Shown one piece after another: positions 50,001 to 62,237 of a stretch of DNA of 64,000 nucleotides. This DNA comes from Utricularia gibba (lineage: Eukaryota; Plantae; Magnoliophyta). Position 1 is the first letter of the stretch, and every line of letters begins with the position of its first letter. Below the pieces are notes generated by a model that saw only the letters and a list, made by a program, of their open reading frames with translations, searched no databases and was not told the DNA's origin. The stretch spans positions 1,116,001-1,180,000 of the forward strand of contig NEEC01000007.1 of NCBI GenBank assembly GCA_002189035.1. Reading direction: 5' to 3'. The translations under genes were made by a program, and so were the position numbers.

Positions 50001-53000
50001 CTGTTAGACAGAATGCAGCTATGGTGAAAGAAGAAGTTGGTGATGGTGTAAAAAGACAAGGGCGCAGTGGTAGGATATCTCCGTTTTCTAGGTCAGGAAT
50101 TTCACCAAAACGAGAAAAACTTTTAGTGTCAGCCAAGCCTCTCCGAAATGTTAAGTCTGGTCCAGAGAAGTCTGGAAGGTACTAGTTTAATTTTTCAGTA
50201 GAGTTAAACGTGTGCCTTGTCTCTGATATACGTTGTCTATTTGCTAACTGTAACAGTAAGTCTGGTCGTCCTCTGAAGAAGTTATCTGACAGAAGGGGCT
50301 TTGCTCATCTTGGCCTTATGTCAAATGGGGGCTCACCTGATTACAATGGTATATAAAATACTTTCTTAATATGTGGTAACTGACAAATTTTATGTGGAGG
50401 TTCTGCATTGATCAGTCTACTTTGAATTGCGTATAGGTGTTTTCTTTTGATATCTGGCTGTTTCCCTATATCCATTCTACTATTTTGATTTATCTTGTTT
50501 GCATTATGTTTTAACTTATGCTGTGTGATGGTTTTACCATTTCATTGTCTTCTGTCAGAAGCAACATTCCATTGCAATGTAACTAAGCCGCTGAGATATT
50601 TAAAGAGATTTTGGTTTATTAGAAGCCCCAAACATGTACAATTGTTGATTGTTCTAAGATTACATATGGTGATCTAACATTCGTGTTCAGGCGAATCTGA
50701 TGATGACCATGAGGAGCTCCTGGTGGCAGCGAATCTTGCTTTCAGTGCTAGCAGTATGCATGCTTCTGCAAATTCTCTATAGTTGTTACCTTCTTCCATT
50801 TTTCTGCTCTTGCAATTTACTTTTTCCTTTATCTTGTCCAGCAACTGCATGTTCAAGCAAATTCTGGAAATCAGTTGAAGTGCTATTTGGTCCTCTGCAT
50901 GTAGATGATAAAGCATTCTTATCTGAGCAGGTGTGTTTTGACTTTGGTTTCTATAACACCTCTTCGTTGATATCTGAAATTTCTTTCTTGTTTGCTGTAT
51001 TTGAACAACCAGATGAAGCTAGCTGAACAGTCAGATGCCTGCTCATTCCAGAAACTGGGAAATGTTGATTCCAACGAAATGAATTTGGTTTGTAATTGCT
51101 TTATGGTCTATCTTGGCTACAAACCTCTTTTCCAGTACTCTTGCTCTTCCCATTCTTACGCTGAATATGTGCAGCAATAAAAGATGGGCTTTCCTTTGCA
51201 GGCTGATTGTGGCCTTGAAGAACATTCTGCATCTAACTCCGCACATGGAAACAGATGCATGCCTTATGAAAGTGAAGTGAAGAATTCTTCACACCAGATG
51301 GATTCTTTAAATGGGTCCTCACCTGCAGAAAAAAGATATGATGTAGTTGCTCCACTTTATCAAAGGGTACTATCAGCCCTTATTTTGGAAGACGAAATAG
51401 AGGAATGTGAAGAAACTGGATTTGGAAAACCAAGGAGCTTGACTAACGAACCAAACCTGTTTTCTTCTGGGGATGGTAGATATGTAGATCGACCGGAGTT
51501 TTTGGAGGAAAAAAGCGGAATTCAAACTTGGATCAATGGTAATGCACGCAAGGTGTTTCCTGTAGCCCCAGCAAATATTTGTAATGGCGAACTGAAGGAA
51601 GGGGATGGAAAGTATGTGCGATCAGGGGTTCAGATGCTGGCTAGACTTTCTCACTGCGATTATACTCCACAAAATATTTTGGAAAGAAATGGAGGCATAT
51701 CTTCCTTTGGTTGTCAGTATGATCAGATGTGTATTGAAGAAAAACTTATGTATGAACTTCACAGCATTGGTTTATTCATGGAGACTGTGGTAAGCTTATC
51801 ATGTTTTCTCCTGTTTAACTCAGGGAGCTTATGATAGAATGTAGTATTTCGATGTGACATTGCAGCCTCCACTGGATGATAATGAAGAAGAAGAAATTAT
51901 TCGGGAGATTTCTCAGCTTGAGAGGCAGCTTCATGAGCAGGTTATCTTGCTGGAAGAGCATTTGGGTTTTTGCTGCTGTTTTTTTTTATCAAAAATAAGT
52001 TGATGATATGCATCCTAGTAATTGCTTGCTGCATGATATCGTTTATTGCACAAATTTGCATAGTATATTGTTATCCTGGTAATTTAAACGGATTTTTTTT
52101 TGTTTGTGCAATACTCAATGACTAGATTGGAAGGAAGAAAGTATACTTGGCCCAAATAAACAGTGCTATTCAAGAAGGAAAGGATCCAGAAAGGTGATCA
52201 CTGAATCTATATGGTGGTCGGTTTATTATTTTATATTGCAAGTGCATTTTGAGTGGAGTTTTCTCTGATAAAGAGTTGTTGTTATACCTCAGGGATCCTG
52301 AGCAAGTCGCAATGGACAAACTTGTGGAGCTTACATACAAGAAACTCTTGGTTAGTATTTTAGCACTTTTAAAAAAAATTTTACATGCGTTCTTTCCATT
52401 GAAATAAATTTCCTTCAGATAGCAACGTGGTATTTCACCCAGTTAATTTTTTTTTTTTTTAGCCCTTCACTAACAGTAGAAATTTTACTGTACAATCATG
52501 TGTTTGCAACTGATGTTCCCTCAAATCATTTGACTTATCTTTAACCTTAATCTCGTTTGAACCTCTGACAGTCAACCAGAGGAAGTTTGGCTGTAAAATT
52601 GGGGGTTGCAAAGGTGAAAAAGCCTTTGGCCTTGTCTTTTGCAAGGCGGACGCTAGCTAGATGCCTTAAATATGAAGATTCAGGAGCAAGTTGTTTTTCT
52701 GAGCCACCCCTTAGGGAAATTGTCTATGCATTACCACCTCATTTGACTGGCTCTGAGCTACTGTCTGGCATCGATTCCACATCCATTAATGGTAAGCTCT
52801 CGGATTCCCCATGCGATGCCTCTGTAGATTCCTTAGTACTGTGTACTGCATAATCCTCTTGCCTGTTCATGTTATATTTGTTGATATTTTAAAAATTCTT
52901 TCAAAAACCTGGTTTGCTCCGCAGATTGTGGTTCAGTGGATGGGCTTCAGAAAAATGGTTCAACGATGTTAAGCAGAGGAAAAAAGAGAGAAGTGTTCCT

Positions 53001-53553
53001 TGATGATGTTGGCGGTGGTGGTGTTTCCAGGATATCACCTGCTCTAAGCATTATTGGTGCAAAGGGGAAGCGAAGTGAAAGAGACGCTTTGAACAAAAAC
53101 AGCATCGCCAATGTGGGCCGCACTCCTGTGGGTGCCTCCAAGGGCGAGAGAAGAGCGAAGGCCAAGCCAAAACAGAGGACAGCCCAGCTCTCTGCATCAG
53201 GAGGAGCATTCCTCCCCAAGTTCACCGACGCAACCGCCAACCCTCTATATTCTTCGGGGAGTGGCTCAGGTGAATCTGGAAACAACAGTGGCAGCAAGAA
53301 AAAGGATATTAGATCCGTGTCCTCCTGCAATCCTCCATCAGTGTCATCACAAGAAGTGAAGGAAACCATGGGATTCTCCAGTCTTCCAATTCCTGACTTA
53401 GATGGGATGGCCGAGCTCAGCGTCGATAACGAAATCGACGCCGCACAGGACCTTACCTCCTGGTTCAACTTCGATGTGGATATGCCGCATGACCAGGACG
53501 CCGTTGGCCTTGAGATACCGATGGATGATCTATCAGAACTCAACATGTTTTGA
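47089..53553 (+). CDS. Large plant nuclear protein of the ADA3-like / SCS (SAGA-associated) family, multi-exon
   Basis: GGEGWDKNMKRKRS, SDDDHEELL, PLYQRVLSALILEDE, ELHSIGL, EQVAMDKLVELTYKKLL and FARRTLARC..EDSG.SCFSEP, ending VGLEIPMDDLSELNMF. Spliced exons are in phase. The family assignment is recalled. Confidence 0.8.
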
Positions 53554-54035
53554 TCTTACCTGCATTCTTGTACAGCTACTCTCTCTGGTGCTGCTTTCTT
53601 GGCAGTTATGTCGACCCATTCATCCTCCTCAGCAGTAAACTGTAAGTATGCCCTCCCCTCCCTATTCATCTGGATCACTGTAACCTAGCCCTTGTTGTGG
53701 CGCTTGTGCAGTCATGCCATGGAACTTTCTTTGATCCAGCGGCCATGGTCGATGAAGATGAAATCCTATTCTTTTTTCTAAAAATGATGTCTTGCTAACG
53801 TTAACGGTCACAATATTTTTCTAATTATGGAAATTAGGGAACGTCATCGTCAAGGCTCCTCGAAACCCTTTACATAACCGTAATCAACATGGTAACTTGC
53901 TAAAAATGGTGGATTGTGAAAACCGGATACGGGTGGTGGTGGTCGCGTGTCAGGACGGACACGCAAGAGATGATATCTATTGAGATATTTTTCCGAGTGC
54001 AGCCGCTGAACACAGGCGCCAGAGATCCGGTGAAG

Positions 54036-56157
54036 ATGGCGATGGCGACCGCTTACTGCAGCCTTCCGGTGGGTACGTCTTCGTCGATGGTTCATGAAGC
54101 TTCCGCTACTCCGGTGAGGATTTACGGGTCGAAGTCTATTAGCGTGTCTCGTCGCGCGTCTGGTGGCTTGGGATATAGTGTGTCCGAAATGAAGTAAGCG
54201 CTTAATCACTCAAGTATTTATGTTATTGCGATGGGTGCTTTACTGTAGTAGGTTGCAGGTTGATCGGTGTGGAATTTTTCGTTCGTTGATGACTGACTGG
54301 AATAGTGGTGTTCGTTTTTGTTTTTTTTTTTTCACGGGAAGTTTTCTTGATGGAAACTGGGTTTCTGGAATGGCTTTGGTGACTTTGTTGATATCTTTCT
54401 CGATAGGCGTGTGCTCAAATGTGCAGCTTTTGAGGAGGTTAACTCATTTAGTTCCATATCATTGGTGAGTTCAGCTCGCATTAGTTCTTTTTCGATTGGT
54501 AGTTTCTTCATTGTTTTATTGGTTGGCCTGATGAATAAATTGTCCATGGAGCATCTCAGATCGTAATACCGGTTTAGTATTTCAGAAATCTAGTCAGGGA
54601 GATGATAATGTTCCAATGCCGGTTCTTCTGATTGATCAAGATTCTGATCCAGAGGCCACGATTGTGCAAGTCAGCTTCGGCGATCGTCTTGGTGCTCTTA
54701 TTGATACAGTAGGCAACTTCTCTCCATCTCTCTTTTTGACGGACTAAGCAACTTGTGCAGTTGTTTCTGAGATTATTATCATGTTGCGGTACCAAAAAGA
54801 GTGCTAAACTAAATTCAGGACGCCTGTGTCTCTTTTCCGTCATCCATATTTCTAAAATAACACGTATTTTTAAATGCAGATGAAGGCACTAAAGGATCTA
54901 GGTCTGGATGTCGTGAAGGGAACTGTTACAACTGAGAATAATGTCAAAGAGACGAAGTTCTTTATTACAAGAATGTGAGATTTTTGTTTTTTGTTTGATG
55001 TCTTGAGAACTTTATTCGAGTGCATTCATGTATTATAGACCATCAGACGAATGCTTGCGTTGCAAATCAATGCCTCAAAGTTGTGCAGCCGCATCATTCA
55101 AGTGCGAAATTCCACCAATGGTTGTATGGTTTTTATTCAAGGAAGTGTATAAACTTTGCAGGGCTAGGAAAGTTGATGATCCTGATCTCTTGGAAAGAAT
55201 CCGTCTGACCATCATAAACAACCTGCTTAAGTATCATCCAGTACGTAAATCTACAGCCCTTAGTAGAGTTTATTAGCAGACAGCAATGATGAGAAAATAA
55301 TTTATTCTGCTTCTTGTCGCATTTGATATCTTTGAATCTCAGTCATTTAACAAGTGAAGATTTTTTTATTTTATTTTTTTAGGAGTCGAGCGAGAAGCTT
55401 GCCATGGGTGAAGTTTTTGGGATAAAACCACCAGAGAAAAAGGTTTAACTCGGAAAAAAATGTGTTTTTGCAGGATACTACTTACTTCAGACTGCGCTTA
55501 GGATCATTTGTCTAGAGTTTCATGATTTATATTTTCATGGTGCAGCTCGATGTGGAGGTTGCTACCCATATACATATTAAAGAAGATGGACCTAAGAGAA
55601 GGTGCGATTTCGCATGTATTTGATACAAATGAACTGCATTCTCGTTTCTGTGCTTCTGTACCAGCATCTTCTTTAACTTCACTTTTATTTGTGCTACCGT
55701 CAGCTTGCTCTACATAGAGACAGCTGATCGGCCAGGGCTCCTGTTGGAGATGGTCAAAATCATATCAGACATAAACATCGTTGTCGAATCAGCTGAGATT
55801 GATACGGAAGTAAACTCTCTTTTAACAACTTTACAACTGCATACTAATAGGCGAACCTCATAGCAGTCCATTTTGACCTTGCTGGACACATTAACCATGC
55901 AGGGGCTAGTAGCCAAGGACAAGTTTCATGTCAGTTACAGGGGTGCTGCTTTAAACCCATCCTTGTCTCAGGTAAGCATGTTTATGCTCTCTGCAACTGG
56001 CAACATATTCTAGCCAAATAATACCTGTTTATGGATCTTTCTTTTCATCATCTGCAATTTTCATTGTAATGAATTTTATGCAAACAAATGGTAGGTTCTG
56101 GTTAACTGCCTGCGTTTCTACCTGCTGAGACCGGAAGCTGATGAAGACAGCTACTGA
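54036..56157 (+). CDS. ACR12: Plastid ACT-domain repeat protein, ACR12-like
   Basis: Transit peptide followed by [69 protein letters not shown] and RPEADEDSY*. These are closer to ACR12 than to ACR11. Confidence 0.88.
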
Positions 56158-57092
56158 GATGGTTTGGCTACTGTTTCTGATTGTGCTAATTTCAAAGTAT
56201 GCATTCTGCTTTAGCTGTCTTCGAGATTCATGTATCTAATAAAAAGTTGCATTCGTTTTGCATTTTGATTGATCTACCGATCAATCTTTCCCTAAAATGC
56301 TTCAGTTCAACTTCAACGCTTGGCAATTCCCTAAAATATTAAGCTCCATGATTCTTAACACTGCAACTACCTGTCTTCTCGGATCAATGTGATCCGCTGT
56401 CAGCCATCAATGGCACTTACAAACCGAAGGAGACAGCTCCAATCCAACACATCCATCTGCTTCACAGCGCCGCAGCACATAATGTTGACAAGTTGCCAAA
56501 CTTCAACTGTACAAAAGGTGGGAACTTTATATTCTACAGCTACACATTCAGTTGGAGCTCCCAAGTTTCAACGACCCTATGGAATTGGAGCTAATTATCT
56601 GCCACGGCGTACATTAAACTCCGGAAACCCCCCAAGCAAGTCATATATTAATTTACAAACTCAAGAGACAAGGACAAGGATCCAAACTTGAATGACACTT
56701 TCAGGTTGTAATTGAAGGGATTATCACTTCAGGGATTGTTTATGAGTTTTCAGGATTCTCTAATCTTGGATGCATTGGAATGAGGCGAGTATGGAGATCT
56801 TGACAACTAGAACAAGCTCAAAGCCTTGTTTTGGGATGAGGGGTTTCTCCCAAGTGAGTCACATTACAGTGGGGGCTATGGAGCCTGCATCAGCTGCTAA
56901 AGAGGCTTCTCAGCAGCAAGCGAAGGCAACAGAAGCAATATATTAAGATTCCTGATGGCACCCTTTGGCCAACTAAAACAAGCAATCGCTGGGATCAACA
57001 GCAGTTTCCATAGCATTTACAAACACCACATAAGACCCGATTCTGTTAGTGGGGGTTTGGGGTTAAGCTGGTAGACTGGCCAGGAGATTCAC

Positions 57093-58289
57093 TTAGTCAA
57101 CCATCATGTGAAGCATGAGGGTAACTCTAACATTGTCACAATGTCTCTTAACCAGGTCGAAGTATTGCATCCCGTCATGGGGAGGCAGCCCCTCCATGAA
57201 GAACCGGAACAAGTTGGAATGTGTCTCGTGCATTGCCTCCAATGCTTGCTTCAGCACTTTCTCCTGCTGGGGCTTGTTCAGCTCTGTAGCTTCCATCAGA
57301 GGCAGAAGCTCCTTTTCCTCCTTGTCAAAGTGAGTTTTGCATTTGTCCTGGTGACAGAAATGGAATCTGTTATCCTTTCAGCAAGAGGACTGACTTGGTT
57401 TGTTTTTACAGGAAAAAAGGCACACACCCTCAACACTTTGAGACGTGACAACAAGTATGCGAGAGCCTCCTGGTATTCAGGGCTCCCCGGGTTCATAACT
57501 CCTATTGTCTTGATCTGTTCTTTGATCCCGTTCATGATCGGAAGGTGGCTCCCATGTTCCTCATTTGCAGATTTGCAGAGCCCTGCATCATACAACAAGC
57601 TGAATCCAGAATAGAACAGATTTTTAACAGATTTCTTGTGTTCAAACTCAATGTTCCTTGTCCAAAGATCAGTTATCTAAAGAAGGATGTAGCTCCCAGG
57701 TGAAGAATTGCGTACCACGGTCAGCGGATTCGAGGATCTGAAAGAGAACAGTCTCCTCCATCTGAGCATGCTCCAGCATCACCTGAAGCAGGTGACTGTA
57801 GCTCTTCCCAAACTTCTTCATCTCCATACGTGGGCTGCCCATTGACGGATCCCCTTTTGCTTTTCCACGGCGCGACTCCAAGTCCTCCGCCCACTTCACC
57901 ATTCGCTCCAAATGCCAGCTTATGCTGCGGTGCTGCAGCACCACCACCGAGACCACTATCGGCGTCGCCTCGCCGCACCACCCCCAAATACTACCCGCGG
58001 TGTCGTTGGTAACCGCCAACGGCGGATCGGGGAACTTAGAGTCTAGATACTGGAGTATTTCCTCGACGGAGCCGGAAACGACGTCGGATTTGTAGATGAT
58101 GGTGGGATTTTGGTGAACGTCGGAGGGAACAAAATGGAGGGTCACCGGCTTGTAGAGGATAGCTAATCGGATGTGGGTGGTCGCGAAACTGTTCTGTGGA
58201 CCATACAGCTTGACGACGGGAAGGGGCTTAACCGTTTCCGGTGCAATCTCCGCCGGCGATTTCGTCGGAGACGAGTAACAATTCCCCAT
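57093..58289 (-). CDS. Protein with GST-N-like N-terminal region and hemerythrin (HHE) cation-binding domains, 3 exons
   Basis: MGNC N-terminus, VKLYG..P.I....D.VSGS and hemerythrin-type motifs QH, LEHAQMEE, NEEH, HFDKEE and MHETH. Introns are in phase. Confidence 0.85.
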
Positions 58290-58548
58290 TATTCCTTCAA
58301 TCCGCCGTAGCTCAACAATATGAATGACAAAGGAAACGAGAAATTTGGAATACTCCCTGGCAACAGAAAAAAGAAAAAACCCAGATCTGTATCAGACGCA
58401 CAGCTCATCAGCTAACAACTCCCGATCATCATGGAGGCGAAAGTGGGTGTCTTGTTGGCCAGAAGATAAGGGAGTGGGCGTAGAAGTAGAAGATAATGGG
58501 AGTTGCGAGAATATGTGCCAGGTGCATCTATAGGTGTATGCATAGACG

Positions 58549-58716
58549 CACGTGAAATGGATGCTTCATTGTCAAGGGAAAGAGAAATAACACCAAAAAG
58601 CTATGAATAGTTCTGCGCTTTTAATTTTACTGGTCGCCGGCGAAGGCTGAAGACCGCCGTGCGCCACGGTGGTTGTGGTCAAACTTAGAGCACGTGCCAG
58701 AGAGGAAAGTCACGTG
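58549..58716. promoter_or_regulatory. Three G-boxes (CACGTG) between the hemerythrin gene and the PPR relic
   Basis: CACGTG at 58549-54, 58691-96 and 58711-16. Confidence 0.5.
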
Positions 58717-58929
58717 ATACCTACTGAAGAATTGAAGAGTACTTTTCGAAAACATTAAAATCCCTACGGAGTAGCTGCCCCTACGGTCCAGATCAGTACG
58801 TTGTTACTGTTGGATTTTTGACCCCCACTTTTCGTTTCGGTGAATCAATTTTCTTGTGAGTGTTGACGAAGACCGTTTGTTCAGCGTTCATGGGTCCAGA
58901 TGCAGCGCCTCTGACATGAATACAAGGGG

Positions 58930-59430
58930 CCTTAGAAGAAATGCCCTGCGCTTCACCGTCTGGGCAGCCGTATGCGTGTAAACATTACTAATCTTCACTG
59001 TGGTTTCACCAGATTTATGCCTACAACCTGTTCGAGAAAATTACTGATCCTAATATTTTCACTTGGGATGATATTTTCAGAGGCTGAACTGAGACCGAAG
59101 ACCCAACTCCTGCAACATTGTGGGAATTCCCACGGCGGCGTTTTTGCATTCTGGTGCTTTGGTTCTTATGGGGCTTGTGCCTTGCGGTCAAACGGAGACA
59201 GAGCGCTCAAATGCTGTTTGACTGGATGAGCATGAAGAATACTGTTGCCTCGAACTCAGTGACCAATGGGTGCGCTGCAAACAGTCAGGTTAATCCAAGT
59301 GGCCAGTTTTATATCCGCTTAATGAGATGCTGCATACAGATGGGTTTGCAGGGAGTCAAACCCAACCAAACCAGACGTATTCACCTTGGGTCAGCTTGCT
59401 CACTGCAAGCGCAGAACTTGATGCTCTGGC
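58930..59430 (+). pseudogene. Decayed PLS-class pentatricopeptide repeat (PPR) gene remnant
   Basis: Fragments occur in order across frames: KH / IFTVVS (58980-59008), YAYNLFEKITDPNIFTWDDIFRG* (59016-59087), TETEDPTPA, SAQMLFDWMSMKNTVASNSVTNGCAAN, GVKPN and VSLLTASAELDAL. There is an in-frame stop, several frameshifts and internal loss. Confidence 0.75.
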
Positions 59431-60001
59431 GAATTTCTTACTTCCAGGTAAATTCAATGGGCCTCATAAGGGGCAATGTGATGCCAAAATGCAACCATTT
59501 GGAGGTTGACTGCTGAGATGCAACGGGGTAGAGGTGGGTACGGCCTGAAAGTACAACACAGCCCCGCCGGAAATACGGGCATAGCCTGAACTGGAAAAAG
59601 TCTGGCTCAGACTTAGTCTCGTGGCCCATAAAAGAAACGGGTCGGTGCCAAGCCGACTAATTGCGGCCTGCGGGTCCGTGTATCCAACCTTGTACGGGGT
59701 GTTTAAAACTATTTATTAGCAATTAGAGTCACGCGCTTGGGCAGCCAGGCCCGTGCCCACCGGGCCGGTCTGAAAAATACAACGATGTTAAACTTCGAGC
59801 CCTAGCTCTTCGGTGTGCTTGAGCACCAACTTTTGAAGATTTTGATCATTTTTTGGCATTGACTGAAGTCTGGACGTGCTTGTCTAGGTGAGATTCGTGT
59901 AGGTGGAATCTTCCACAATTCTTTTGAATGCGCTCTCTGATGATGATGATCGTTTTTTTGTGTGATTTGATGCCTGGGGAATGTAGAACGAGAGTGGTAA
60001 T

Positions 60002-62237
60002 ATGCTGGAGATCAATCTGTTTCGCGAAGAGAAGGGTGGGGACCCTGCGAAGATCAGAGAGTCTCAGTTGCGACGCTTTGCTAAAAACTCTAATCTGGTA
60101 GATGAGGTCATTGAGCTTGACAAGGCTTGGCGGCAGCGTAATCACTTAAACACCGCGTCCGTGTTGTCTTTCTTGCATTTTTCGTTAATTTGTTTTGCGT
60201 ACTTGTTACAGGTCAGTTTGAGTTGGATAACTTGAGAACAGATCGAAATAAATTGAGCAAAGAGTTTGGACGCCTCAAAATTGTGAGTATTTTGGAGTTT
60301 TTTGCAGTACTTTAATGAATTTAGTTTCCTTATGAAGAGTTGTATACTATTTCTCCCAAAGAGAATAATAGTAGGTAAAGCATTCATAAAGGGAAGGCAA
60401 GAATCGAATTCAAATATGACTTGCATAATAGATACATGATTTTTCTTACCAATGACTTGGACATTGTTTAATTTCTGTTGTTTTTCTAGTCTGGTGGAGA
60501 TACAACTGCTTTGGATGCTAGTATTAGGGAAAACTCTGAAAATACTGCAAGGAAAGAGTTGGAGGTTCAGGAGGCCCTAGCAGCAGTGCAATCCAGAGTG
60601 GCTTTGATTGGAAACTTGGTGCATGATTCAGTTCCTGTGAGCGACAATGAGGTATGTTTTAGATCCTTCTCATGTTAAGTTTGCTGTTCCGCTCTGAGTA
60701 ATGTTTTCCATTTATAATATTAGGATGATAATGCTGTTATTCGGACATGGGGAGAAAAGAGAACTGAGCCAAAGTTGAAGAATCACGTCGATCTTGTCGA
60801 GCTTCTTGGAATTGCAGATATAAAGAAAGGTTGTCCCTTGAATCAGCTTTCACGTCCTTCCTTTTTTCATTCTGAGACTAGTCGGGTTGCCTACCCACAT
60901 CTTAGCAAGTATTCTTATTTGCCAACTGTCTTTAATTTTTTATAAATTTGTAGGCGCGAATGTAGCTGGAGGCAGGGGCTATTATCTAAAAGGAGATGGT
61001 GTGCGACTTAATCAGGCTCTAATTAACTTTGGTCTTGATTTTTTGGAGAAGAGGGGTTTTACCGCATTGCAGACTCCATTCTTCATGAAGAAAGATATTA
61101 TGGCTAAATGTGCGCAACTGTCTCAATTTGATGAAGAGCTTTACAAGGTTCTCAGCTTCTTATGCTTTTCTGTTTTCATTGTAGAATGCTAAAAATGTCC
61201 TTTATTGTTGTTTAATAGGTGACTGGTGAGGGTGAAGACAAATATCTGATTGCAACTGCCGAGCAGCCACTTTGTGCTTATCATCAAGAAGATTGGATCC
61301 ATCCTTCCCAGCTCCCGCTCAGGTGTTGTATATTTGGAGGCAGTCCCTGCAGCATACAACTATTCCAAAACGCTTTAAAAATTTCCATGCAAATAAAAAT
61401 AGGGGGAAAAATGTTTCAGATATGCCGGATACTCATCATGCTTCCGGAAAGAAGCTGGCTCACACGGCCGAGATACCTTGGGTATATTCCGCGTTCACCA
61501 ATTTGAAAAGGTAGAACAGTTCTGCATAACAGGTCCACATGGAAATGACTCCTGGGAAATGCACGAGGAAATGCTAAAAAATTCTGAAGATTTCTACAAG
61601 CTGGTACCTCTTACTACCTTGCCAAACAGTCAATTTTGTAAGATAGTAAACATGCAGTTTGCTGAAATCTCGACCACTTATTCCTTTTTATGCCAATCGA
61701 GATCCGTTCATTCTTGATCTAATTCTGTTGTGCGTTCGTTCGTCATGCTCTCCAATCAATGTTAGTGATTTGCGTATTCTGTGAGCAGCTGAAGATTCCG
61801 TATCAAGTTGTGGCTATTGTCTCTGGAGCATTAAATGATGCTGCTGCTAAGAAATATGACCTGGAAGGGTGGTTTCCAGCGTCAAACACATACAGAGAAC
61901 TTGTTTCCTGCTCAAACTGTACCGACTATCAGTCAAGAAGAATGGAAATTCGATACGGGCAAAAAAAGGTTAGTTTACGTTTTCACCCTCCCAAAAATTT
62001 GCACTGCCTTTACGCTCTAGCATTTTTGTAATCTTTCTGAAATCCCGGGTTCAGGGCAACGATAAAAGTAAGGAATATGTCCACATGTTGAACTCCACCC
62101 TCACTGCAACCGAGAGAACTATATGCTGTATTCTGGAGAACTACCAGACCGAGAGTGGGGTTGAAATCCCAGAGGTTTTGAGAGATTTCATGGGTGGTAA
62201 ATCCTTCATTCCGTTCAAGAACAATGCAAGTAAATAA
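60002..62237 (+). CDS. SerRS: Cytosolic seryl-tRNA synthetase, multi-exon
   Basis: [86 protein letters not shown] and NSTLTATER. Confidence 0.97.

Noticed and set aside
58860-59700. snoRNA cluster, SRP/MRP RNA or telomerase RNA in the GC-richer gap
   Set aside because: There are no correctly spaced C/D or H/ACA boxes, USE or CTAAACCCT template. The segment is largely explained by the PPR relic and the SerRS promoter.
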